Positions 46,505-64,000 of a DNA stretch of 64,000 nt are shown here, in pieces. The position numbers were made by a program, and so were the translations under genes. How positions within the stretch are numbered: position 1 is the stretch's first letter; every line of letters begins with the position of its first letter. The stretch is taken from sequence record NC_042060.1; one strand, written 5' to 3'. The notes beneath the pieces are model-generated. The model made no database searches and had not been told where the DNA came from. It saw only the letters and a list, made by a program, of their open reading frames with translations.

Positions 46505-46801
46505 TTAATTTACATCTTTCATTACAAAGCAACTACCATCATTAAAGACAATCTTAATTAGATTGTCAGTTAATGGTCGTTTATATACAACACATTTTAC
46601 ATCGGGGAGTTTAACTACTTCTTTTAAAGCATCTGGCATACCAATTAGATTAATGGTAGCTGCTACTTTATTTAGTGTGTCAAGATGTGAAATCAGCTCA
46701 TGTGCTGACTTAACCAAATCTACCATTGTTTTGTCTTTATCTACCATGCTAGTTACTCGATTTGATATATGAGGTACATACATCGCCAAAGTCTTCACCA
46801 C
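46505..46801 (-). CDS. Hypothetical protein
   Basis: 98 aa; likely start MYVPH. Confidence 0.7.
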   Translation of the reverse strand: MVKTLAMYVPHISNRVTSMVDKDKTMVDLVKSAHELISHLDTLNKVAATINLIGMPDALKEVVKLPDVKCVVYKRPLTDNLIKIVFNDGSCFVMKDVN

Positions 46802-47243
46802 TAGTATCAGCTACAATTGCAACTGGCGACCATCGAGCGGCAACAGCCTCACATACACCGATCGAATTCACTCGACGAATCGCATGAGCACCAGTATCAA
46901 TTACACTGAAACTGAGTTCACTAATGATTTCCACTCCTTTTAGTTCAGCGCTACTATCAATAACCTGGGTACTAATTAGATAGTTAGCTGTATCATTATT
47001 ATACGCAAGTACTAGTCTAAAAACCATGAGGGAGTTATCATTATCGGTGATGCCAGCGACTAGCTCATGATTCGAAGTGAGTGTATAGATACAACTACTT
47101 TCTTGAGTGGTAATTGGTAATCCTGGTGAAGAACTATATACACTAGGTGCATTAGCTGTATGTAGTTCAAACTTATTTACAGCGGAGTTAGGACCAGGAA
47201 CTTTATAACCAATAGGTCGGGCAGTGAAGATTACAACGTTCAT
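46749..47243 (-). CDS. Hypothetical early protein
   Basis: 164 aa, GAGGA RBS after promoter 47289. Confidence 0.85.
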   Translation of the reverse strand: MNVVIFTARPIGYKVPGPNSAVNKFELHTANAPSVYSSSPGLPITTQESSCIYTLTSNHELVAGITDNDNSLMVFRLVLAYNNDTANYLISTQVIDSSAELKGVEIISELSFSVIDTGAHAIRRVNSIGVCEAVAARWSPVAIVADTSGEDFGDVCTSYIKSSN

Positions 47244-47288
47244 TATGATTCCTCTTTACTAGATAGTTATTTTCCTAATTGCGTATTA

Positions 47289-47296
47289 GTAATATA
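47289..47296 (-). promoter_or_regulatory. Early promoter TATATTAC
   Basis: Exact motif preceded by TTTGAGATT. Confidence 0.85.
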
Positions 47297-47326
47297 AATC
47301 TCAAATTTTTTTCATTACGATATAAA

Positions 47327-47344
47327 GCCTCCCCGAAGGGAGGC
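47327..47344 (-). terminator. cUUCGg terminator ending the tail operon
   Basis: GCCTCCC-UUCG-GGGAGGC plus TTTAT. Confidence 0.88.
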
Positions 47345-47350
47345 AATATG

Positions 47351-48070
47351 TTAATTACCACTATAAGTACCTTCAGTACCCTGTTCTTTACGTCGTACGA
47401 AGCGTTGATGAATTGCACTAAGAGCACGGTCCATTGAATTAATCACTACCTGATTCTCTTCGCATGCAAATGGGCCTGCTTGGTAACCTTCAAATAAATC
47501 TTTAACGATTTTAATTAGACAGTCAGCAGTTAGGCCATTTACACCAACTTCTGGAATAACTCCATTCTGCATTAGAATAACACATTCAGTCAAGTTGTCG
47601 CCAGGCATGGCAGCTGGGTTAGTCTGAGCATTATAACCAGTTACTACATAACGTTTAGTTGCACCTGATTTCTGGTCAATACCACTTGCTTCAATATTTA
47701 GACCATTCTCATCAAAATGTTCATGGCCATAAATACCTTGCATGGTTACCCATCCACCATCTTCTTGATAAATCCAGTCTACCCCATTTACATGATAAGT
47801 ATCACCTGGTTTAGGGTCAGCTGGAAGATCTTTAGTAGTGGTTAATGCACGGATACGTGCATATTCTTCAATTGCAATTTGTATATCAGTTGCAGTTATA
47901 TTCTTCTCAGATTCAGTAGCTTCATCTTGTTGAGACTTATCGCTACCTTCCTTTTGATCATTATCCATATCGGAAGAATCTACTGTACTTTTAGCTTCTT
48001 TACTTTCTAAGGAAGCTAACCACTCAAGATTAGGTTTAGACATACTTACCTCAATAAATGAAACCACCAA
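47351..48070 (-). CDS. tad1: Tad1-like immune-signal sponge with N-terminal extension (likely start 48043)
   Basis: QNG..PE.GVNG...LIKIV...GYQAGPFACEEN...A...R..R..G.EGT matches the recalled Tad1 signature. Confidence 0.8.
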   Translation of the reverse strand: MVVSFIEVSMSKPNLEWLASLESKEAKSTVDSSDMDNDQKEGSDKSQQDEATESEKNITATDIQIAIEEYARIRALTTTKDLPADPKPGDTYHVNGVDWIYQEDGGWVTMQGIYGHEHFDENGLNIEASGIDQKSGATKRYVVTGYNAQTNPAAMPGDNLTECVILMQNGVIPEVGVNGLTADCLIKIVKDLFEGYQAGPFACEENQVVINSMDRALSAIHQRFVRRKEQGTEGTYSGN

Positions 48071-48356
48071 TGTAAAGTGACACTACTACATCGGCAACCC
48101 GAGGGTCTTGTGAATATTTAGATTTGACTAGTTTAATAAGTTCGGCTCGATTTTTAATGAAGCCTAGTTTCTTATTATCAATTTCTTCAGCTTTAATTAG
48201 GAAGTCATCTAACTTCTTCTTACTACCCAGTAAATTAATCACCATTTGATCAATAACTGCATTAGAATTTGATAGTTTAGTTAATTCTTGTTCAAAAACT
48301 TCCTTACGTCCTTCTGATCCAATTAAAGCTAGACCGATCTTTTTAAGTAGAGACAT
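48051..48356 (-). CDS. Hypothetical protein (gp183-like)
   Basis: 101 aa in the tail operon. Confidence 0.8.
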   Translation of the reverse strand: MSLLKKIGLALIGSEGRKEVFEQELTKLSNSNAVIDQMVINLLGSKKKLDDFLIKAEEIDNKKLGFIKNRAELIKLVKSKYSQDPRVADVVVSLYIGGFIY

Positions 48357-48414
48357 GTTAATTACCTATTACATTGGTTTAAGAATGGTTACAATAAATA
48401 ACTATTCCAAGTAT

Positions 48415-57190
<8,776 letters not shown>

Positions 57191-57253
57191 TGACGATTAG
57201 TAAAGTATCATATCGTTGTTTAACTTAGTATTACCAAAATAGGAAAATAGAAA

Positions 57254-58909
57254 ATGAAGAAGGCATTAGTTCCTTTTAATATTTCTTTACTTATTCCCAC
57301 TAAAGAACAATTAAAGTTCTTAGGTCAAGTAAAGAGTCATGAGATATTTGAAGGTTTAGGTGGTAACTTTCATGAAGATGGTTTGTTCTCTGTTTCCATT
57401 TTTGGAAGAGTTGGATCAACTGATCGTGAGAGTTTATTTGGATATATCCATTTAGGTTTAGAACTTATCCATCCAGTTGTATATCGAAACTTAATTAAAT
57501 TAAAAGCTTTCTATGAAGAAATTATTCTTGGTAAGGCATTTGCAGTATTTGATGAATCTATTAAAGATTTTATCCGCGCTGATGAACTAACTGGTAAAAC
57601 TGGTTATACATTCTTTTTTGATAACTGGAAACGAATTGACTTTGGGACCACTAAGTCAGGGATTCGGCTATCAAGGTTACAATTAATCGAAAAATATAAA
57701 GATAACTGTATTTTTAAAGACATGATTGTAACACCTGCTGCTTATCGTGATGCAGAGATTGATGAGAATAATCGTGTTGAGATGGATGAGGTCAATGAAC
57801 ATTATAGATATCTATTAAATCAGTCGTTTGGTGTACCTGACAGTTTTGGACCAAACGATGACTTGAGTATCTATGATCGCAAACGAGTAGCGATGCAAAA
57901 TACAGTATTAGCTATTTATGAACATTATGAAAGGTTATTAGCAGGTAGTAAACGAGGTTATATCCAATCTAAATGGGCATCCCGTCGTATTGCCAATGGT
58001 ACCCGTAACGTCATTAGTTCGCTAGATACTAATGCGGCTGATCTTGATTCACCTAATCGACCAACATTCAAAGATGCTGTAGTTGGCTTACATCAAGCAG
58101 CTCGTTCTGTTGCACCACGTACAATCTTTGCACTAAGGCAAGGTGTAGTTGGTGAAGTGTTTGATACAGTTACTAACACTGTACAGCTCATCAATAAGAA
58201 AACACTACGTTTAGAATGGGTTGATATCTCTAACGAAGATATGGATCTATGGGGAACTCCTGAAGGGCAAGAACAAATCATCAATGAGTTAGATGTCATT
58301 GAAAAACGTTCACGTGCAATTGAAATTGCTGATCATTATCTAGCCCTTATTTACGTTGATGATAAACAGAATTTTAAAATATTCCGCAACATCGATGAGT
58401 TACCTACTAATCTAAATAAGAAATTTGTTAGACCTATTACTTATGCCGAATTAGTTTACCTTAGTGGATTAAGTATGTGGCGAACAAACTCAGCGTTTGT
58501 TACACGATATCCTGTAGAAAACTACAATAGCTCTATCCCCTGTAAGATGTATGTTAAAACAACCGTAGTGGGTGAATTACGTTATCCGTTAAATGATCAA
58601 TGGGAACGTGATGATACGTTGGAACCAGCCTTAGAATTCCCTGTGTTTGAATTAAATAAACCAGCCCAGTGGCATGACTCAGTATCCATCTCTCCTTCTA
58701 TTCTCGCGCCATTGGGGGCGGATTTCGACGGGGACACTGTATCATTTAACGCAGTTTATTCAGAGGAAGCTATCGCTGAAACAGATGCTTTCTTTAAGAA
58801 ACGTATTGCATATATACATGCCGATGGTCGACTGGCATTTAGTGTTGGTATCCATACACTCAATTTAACTCTTCGGTACATGACTGGGGAACCCAAACAA
58901 AGGGATTAA
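57254..58909 (+). CDS. Virion RNA polymerase beta' subunit part (gp180-like)
   Basis: GLFS..IFG, GADFDGD catalytic motif. Confidence 0.95.
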   Translation: MKKALVPFNISLLIPTKEQLKFLGQVKSHEIFEGLGGNFHEDGLFSVSIFGRVGSTDRESLFGYIHLGLELIHPVVYRNLIKLKAFYEEIILGKAFAVFDESIKDFIRADELTGKTGYTFFFDNWKRIDFGTTKSGIRLSRLQLIEKYKDNCIFKDMIVTPAAYRDAEIDENNRVEMDEVNEHYRYLLNQSFGVPDSFGPNDDLSIYDRKRVAMQNTVLAIYEHYERLLAGSKRGYIQSKWASRRIANGTRNVISSLDTNAADLDSPNRPTFKDAVVGLHQAARSVAPRTIFALRQGVVGEVFDTVTNTVQLINKKTLRLEWVDISNEDMDLWGTPEGQEQIINELDVIEKRSRAIEIADHYLALIYVDDKQNFKIFRNIDELPTNLNKKFVRPITYAELVYLSGLSMWRTNSAFVTRYPVENYNSSIPCKMYVKTTVVGELRYPLNDQWERDDTLEPALEFPVFELNKPAQWHDSVSISPSILAPLGADFDGDTVSFNAVYSEEAIAETDAFFKKRIAYIHADGRLAFSVGIHTLNLTLRYMTGEPKQRD

Positions 58910-58911
58910 TC

Positions 58912-61900
58912 ATGCGCTTAAATATTACACAGTTTCTGAAAAATTATAGTGTACGCGAATATGCTAAACTTCAGTCACCTAAGTTGCATGCTCTAAATAA
59001 ACTTGATCTACCTTTCGAATCCATTTATCAGTTCTTCGATGGTAATAATGCAGTAATGGGTCCTAGTCAAACAGACCCATTATTCTCCAAACATCAAGGT
59101 AAAGTATATATTGAGCATGTTACTGATATGCTTACATTTGAAGGTAATCCACGTAGGACTTCAAATATCCCAGCAACAATGATTCAAGAGTTTCGCCGCC
59201 AGAACCGTTTCTTTAAACCTTTACGCAGTGATACCGGTTTTAAATTATCAAACCAGAACATTCTGGTAATGAATTATAATTTAATTAACCCTCAATGGAA
59301 TTATATGGCTTCTTATAAAGCTACATGGTTCCGTTGGTCAAATGACATGCGTACATTCTGGAGTGGCGTAGCGGCTGCATGTGAACGTTTTCCTGGTTGG
59401 AACCAGTTCATTGATGTACACTTACCTGAGTTAGTTCCACCTCCTTCTTCTTTTAATAAACTACGAGGGGGTTTGACTCAAGATCTAGCTAATCAATTCA
59501 ATACACCTGATATTCTAAATATATTTGATTTAGTTCGCTGGGTTTCTGATGATCGTGAAAGTTCTTTCATGAATGTCATCGATGCTAAGTATTACGGTAA
59601 CATTAATCTTTTATTCCGTGTACAAAGTTCATTCTTTGTTATTAACTTAGGGATGCTTGATCAATGGCGTCGTGATCCAGAAATTAAAGATGATAAAGGT
59701 TATGATACCCAGCAAATAGCTAGGCGCCTTATTTCACTAGTATCAGCGATGGTTGAATATAACCAAGGTAATACTTCATTAATTAAAGAAGATACGCCTA
59801 TCTTTAATGAAGATATTATTGTTGATGAAGAAACTCCGGTTAGTTATGAAGAAGGTGAAGCAGAAGAGGTTGAGGATGTTGAGTCTAATAACGTTGAAGA
59901 AGAAGTAACTGAAGTTGATGTTATTGATGATGTTCAATTTGACCCAACCAACTTAACTAACTTAATTGATATTGGCGCAATTGAGGTAACATATACCCCA
60001 CCACCAGAAAGTGATCTTGAGGTAACAAAGCTTATCATTGAAAAAGATCCACTGGAATCTTCACCTTCTCGCCAAATTAAAGAAGAGAAGGAACTCATTG
60101 TAACAGATGTACCAGAAGATGAGTTATTCATCAATACTGAAGTTGATGAAGAAGATAAACTAATCGATGCCATTAGAGCTAAAGCATACGACATGTATCG
60201 CGTGAATATGATTTCTGCGAATACATTCGAGCAAGCTCAAGAAGATTCGATTATGTATCGTCGTCTACCTGATCCATTTACCGATCCTAATGATGAATCA
60301 GTAGAACCTATGACGATCGCTGAGGCGATGGAATATCATCCAGATGATCTTAAGATTCCAGAAGACACCACTTTTGAAGATAAGCCAACCATTGTTGATA
60401 AATCAATGTTGGGTAGTAAGTTAAAAGCCATCCAACGCAAATACAACAAGGTCTTATTAAAGAAAGATATTTTAAACAGTGTGTTATCTGTTCAGAAACA
60501 AGGCGTATCAGTAACTAATTACAAAATTGAAACTGTACGCGATTCTGGTAACCATTACCAAATCCACAAAGTTACATTAAAGCCTATTCGTGGTAGAAGT
60601 TCACAAGTAATGTTCCGTATCCCTGTCATTGATAATGACGGTAGGTTCATGTCTAATGGGGTAACATATCGCCAACGTTTACAACGTGCTGATATTCCAA
60701 TTCGTAAAGTTAATCCACGTAAAGTTGCATTGACCTCTTATTATAATAAGACCTTTGTGACCAGATCTGAACGTGCTGAAAACAACTTTGATAATTGGTT
60801 AATCAGAGCGATTACCAACCGTGCATTAGATGGAAGTGATATGTCTGTACATTCAGTTACCTATGCTGAATTAGATCAATCCAACTATGTTCTACCAAGG
60901 GTGTACACTACTTTAGGAACAGCTTTTAAAGGCTTCCATAATCACCGTAATGTGTTCTATTTTAATTTCAAAGATCGTAATGAATTCTTTGCAAAACAAG
61001 GATTACATATCGAAGATTATGAAACTGATGATTTGATAATGGTGGGGTTCAATGGCACTGATGCTATCTTGTTAGATAAGAATTCCATCTTTTACATGAA
61101 AACAGGTAATGAGCTAGAACCTATTGGTACCATTACAGATATACTTGGCTTAGATCTAACCAAAGCGCCGTTAGAAGCTATTCTAATGTCAATTGGTGGT
61201 AAAGAGCTACCATTAGGTTTCATTTTAGCATATCACCATGGCTTAAACAATCTACTTAAGAAGTTGAATGTTAATTATCAGCGTCATCAGCGTGGTACCA
61301 GGATTGTTGTCAATAGTACGGATTATACATTAGCGTTCGCTGATGAGATCCTAGTATTTGATCGAGCTGATTATAAAGCAATGCTTGTATTAAGTGGACT
61401 CAAACGTTATCATAAATCACTGCGGCGTTATTCTGTTTATGATTTCAATAAACGAGATGTTTACTTCAGGGTTCTTGAAGAAGCTGGATTAAGTAATAGA
61501 TTTACACGTGATATTGATACACTCTTCTCAGCATGGGTCGATCCAATCACTGAGGGTCTACTCAAGGAGATGGGTGAACCAACTACTTTTGAAGGATTGC
61601 TTTATCGGTCTGTCGAGTTATTAACGAACGACTGGAGTCCAGCAGAAGTAGATGGTGCATATATGCGCTATCGTGGTTATGAGCGCATGGCAGGGGCTAT
61701 TTTTAATGAACTCAATAGAGCGGTACGTGTATTTAATATGCGTAATGGTGGGTCAGTGCAAACTGTCGAGTTAGATCCACACGTGATCTGGCGCAAGATT
61801 GTACAAGATCCGACAGTAGCCACTATTGAAGATTCTAACCCCATTGCAAATATCCGTGAACAAGAAGCGATGACTTATCGTGGAGATGGTGGACGCGGTC

Positions 61901-63267
61901 CAACTTCAATGGTTGCACGTACACGTATTTACGGTGAAGCGGATGTTGGTGTGGTCAGTGAATCAACTGTGGACTCAGGTGACGTTGGTGTTATTGCTTA
62001 CTTAGTACCTGATGCTAACTTTGTAAACATGCGTGGTGTTACGCGTATGTTTGATCCAAAGACAGATGGGCCAGCTAGACTACTCTCAACTAGTGCACTG
62101 CTTGGTGTTGCAACCGAACATGATGACCCTAAGCGAATTAACTTTATCTCAATTCAGCAGCAGCAAGGTATTTATGCTGATGGGTATACAGTTACACCAG
62201 TTCGTACAGGCTATGAACAAATCATAGCCCAAAGGACTAGTTCTATCTTTGCTGTAGCAGCAGAACAAGATGGTGAAGTTGTAGCTATTGATGAATATGG
62301 TATCCAAGTTAAATATGCTGATGGTAATGTATTTGGATATCAATTAGGTACAGTTCATGGCACAGCAGCTGGTGTTAACTACCCACACATTCTTGTTACC
62401 TCATTAAAGAAAGGTGATAAGTTTAAACGTGGAGATACTATCACATATAACAAACGTTATTTCTCTGAAGATAGGTATACGCCTGGGCAAGTATTATGGA
62501 AAGCCGGTTGTATGGCTGTTGTAGCATTTGATGATAACCTTGACACTTTAGAAGACGGTTCAGTTATTTCTGAAGACCTAGCTAAAAGGTTAAATACTCA
62601 AACAACTGCAATCAAGAATATCGATGTTAGGTTTGATCAGACTATTCGAGATATGGTGAAAGTTGGGGATCATGTCGACTTAAATTCAATTCTATGTATA
62701 ATTGAAGATCCTGAAACAGCTGCTCACTCACTATATGACGAGGCATCTATTGAGACATTACGCAAACTATCAGCATATTCGCCACGTGCTAAGCTCGTAG
62801 GTACAGTATCAAAGATTGAATGCTTCTATCATGGTGAAATAGACGATATGACACCAAGTTTACAAGCATTAGCTAATACGTCAGATAAACAACGCGCTGA
62901 ACGAGCTAAATCATTGAAAGAACCTACTTTCACTGGACAAGTAGATGCTAACTATCGAGTGAAAGGACGAGCCTTAGAATATGACCACATGATTATTCGA
63001 GTGTATATCGATCATGATATCCCATGTGGTGTTGGAGATAAAGGCGTAGTAGCTAACCAGATGAAAACGGTATTCTCCCGTGTAATGACTGGACGTAATG
63101 AAACTGAAGATGGCCGTAATATTGATCTACTATTCGGTAATACATCGGTAGAAGAACGAATGGTTCTATCTCCTAAAATCATTGCTACAACAACTGGTAT
63201 CTTGTGGGCAGCTGGAAAACATCTTGTAGCTGTATATAGAGGAAACACTAATGCAAAAGCTAAGTAA
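58912..63267 (+). CDS. Virion RNA polymerase beta subunit part (gp178-like)
   Basis: F..NG, STVDSG.VG, EHDD..R, QQQQ, GDK...NQ.K motifs; 1451 aa. Confidence 0.95.
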   Translation: MRLNITQFLKNYSVREYAKLQSPKLHALNKLDLPFESIYQFFDGNNAVMGPSQTDPLFSKHQGKVYIEHVTDMLTFEGNPRRTSNIPATMIQEFRRQNRFFKPLRSDTGFKLSNQNILVMNYNLINPQWNYMASYKATWFRWSNDMRTFWSGVAAACERFPGWNQFIDVHLPELVPPPSSFNKLRGGLTQDLANQFNTPDILNIFDLVRWVSDDRESSFMNVIDAKYYGNINLLFRVQSSFFVINLGMLDQWRRDPEIKDDKGYDTQQIARRLISLVSAMVEYNQGNTSLIKEDTPIFNEDIIVDEETPVSYEEGEAEEVEDVESNNVEEEVTEVDVIDDVQFDPTNLTNLIDIGAIEVTYTPPPESDLEVTKLIIEKDPLESSPSRQIKEEKELIVTDVPEDELFINTEVDEEDKLIDAIRAKAYDMYRVNMISANTFEQAQEDSIMYRRLPDPFTDPNDESVEPMTIAEAMEYHPDDLKIPEDTTFEDKPTIVDKSMLGSKLKAIQRKYNKVLLKKDILNSVLSVQKQGVSVTNYKIETVRDSGNHYQIHKVTLKPIRGRSSQVMFRIPVIDNDGRFMSNGVTYRQRLQRADIPIRKVNPRKVALTSYYNKTFVTRSERAENNFDNWLIRAITNRALDGSDMSVHSVTYAELDQSNYVLPRVYTTLGTAFKGFHNHRNVFYFNFKDRNEFFAKQGLHIEDYETDDLIMVGFNGTDAILLDKNSIFYMKTGNELEPIGTITDILGLDLTKAPLEAILMSIGGKELPLGFILAYHHGLNNLLKKLNVNYQRHQRGTRIVVNSTDYTLAFADEILVFDRADYKAMLVLSGLKRYHKSLRRYSVYDFNKRDVYFRVLEEAGLSNRFTRDIDTLFSAWVDPITEGLLKEMGEPTTFEGLLYRSVELLTNDWSPAEVDGAYMRYRGYERMAGAIFNELNRAVRVFNMRNGGSVQTVELDPHVIWRKIVQDPTVATIEDSNPIANIREQEAMTYRGDGGRGPTSMVARTRIYGEADVGVVSESTVDSGDVGVIAYLVPDANFVNMRGVTRMFDPKTDGPARLLSTSALLGVATEHDDPKRINFISIQQQQGIYADGYTVTPVRTGYEQIIAQRTSSIFAVAAEQDGEVVAIDEYGIQVKYADGNVFGYQLGTVHGTAAGVNYPHILVTSLKKGDKFKRGDTITYNKRYFSEDRYTPGQVLWKAGCMAVVAFDDNLDTLEDGSVISEDLAKRLNTQTTAIKNIDVRFDQTIRDMVKVGDHVDLNSILCIIEDPETAAHSLYDEASIETLRKLSAYSPRAKLVGTVSKIECFYHGEIDDMTPSLQALANTSDKQRAERAKSLKEPTFTGQVDANYRVKGRALEYDHMIIRVYIDHDIPCGVGDKGVVANQMKTVFSRVMTGRNETEDGRNIDLLFGNTSVEERMVLSPKIIATTTGILWAAGKHLVAVYRGNTNAKAK

Positions 63268-63448
63268 TAATGTAGCACATGGTCAGAACATTGCTGTTCT
63301 TCATGCTGCTGTTAAACTAGGTACTCAAGCAATTCTACAATCGCTTGGTGGCACCACCAGCTCCCCATCTCTGAATGGGGAGTTTTTAACTGAGGCTGAT
63401 ATTGCAGCAGCTTTAAACGCTCGCTTAATGAAGAACCTCAATATCTAA
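63251..63448 (+). CDS. Small protein (gp177-like)
   Basis: 65 aa, GAGGA RBS, overlaps the RNAP stop. Confidence 0.75.
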   Translation: MQKLSNNVAHGQNIAVLHAAVKLGTQAILQSLGGTTSSPSLNGEFLTEADIAAALNARLMKNLNI

Positions 63449-63459
63449 GGAGTGTTAAA

Positions 63460-64000
63460 ATGTTCTGTAAAGAAACCCAAGCTGCGATTGTTGGCTCAGC
63501 ACGTAGTCTAACTGAGGATAACCTTGTTCTAGTTATCCCTAATGAAACATATCCCCTTGCGGTCTTTGCAGATGGTTTCAGTGTAGATGGCAACTCTAAT
63601 AAAGTTGCCCTCTCTGAAGAGCTGGAAGCATCTGTAGAAGAGTTCTTCGAGGAAGCTAACCAAGAGCAACCTGTTAGTGTAGAAGAAGAGCAAGAAGCTC
63701 TGATTGCACATGTCTGCTCATCATTACAAAAGATCCAATTCAATACGCAGAATGTTATTTGCCCTGCAATTGAATATATGGTACGTGTTTTTAATGAGCG
63801 TCAAAGCATTAGTTGTCAACCAGATGTAAGCGCTACATTCTACCACTATAATGCAGTTCATAGTGATCCACGCTTAACTGCACACGTTAGTACACGATAC
63901 AATAATTTACAGCCGCTACCTGAGTATCGTACCTTTATTCTAGAATCAATTGATGCTAATGAAATTATTCGGTTAGTGTCAATGGGTAATCCGCATCTAG
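63460..64000 (+). CDS. Partial CDS (gp176-like), runs off the window
   Basis: AAGGAG RBS; MFCKETQAAIVGSARSLTEDNLVLVIPNE..., no stop seen in the portion translated. Confidence 0.85.
   Translation, partial: MFCKETQAAIVGSARSLTEDNLVLVIPNETYPLAVFADGFSVDGNSNKVALSEELEASVEEFFEEANQEQPVSVEEEQEALIAHVCSSLQKIQFNTQNVICPAIEYMVRVFNERQSISCQPDVSATFYHYNAVHSDPRLTAHVSTRYNNLQPLPEYRTFILESIDANEIIRLVSMGNPHL

Overview
A 64-kb AT-rich segment of a phiKZ-like (nucleus-forming, Chimalliviridae/Phikzvirus-type) jumbo phage genome. The assignment rests on two split virion RNA polymerase subunits (beta' part, 551 aa, with DFDGD; beta part, 1451 aa), a 2241-aa tail protein with a lytic transglycosylase domain, its 664-aa partner and an SF2 helicase. 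Sizes and order match what I recall of phiKZ gp176 to about gp260, read in reverse. The left ~47 kb is mostly minus-strand accessory and early genes, organised in modules bounded by cUUCGg-type terminators and TATATTAC early promoters. It includes thyA, dcd, tmk, a RelA/SpoT-type HD hydrolase, an RlaP-type nucleotidyltransferase, an SspB-like adaptor, SLOG and AAA proteins, a DEDDh exoribonuclease and DUF3307. Most notable: (1) a GC-rich, multi-stem, ORF-free putative ncRNA at ~33560-33730; (2) a Tad1-like signal-sponge with an N-terminal extension at the end of the tail operon; (3) an early operon of paralogous secreted single-disulfide proteins at 3.3-6.2 kb; (4) duplicated terminator and promoter cassettes; (5) several small ORFs missing from the ORF track and a possible +1 frameshift. 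All family and gene-number assignments come from motif recognition and memory, not database searches.
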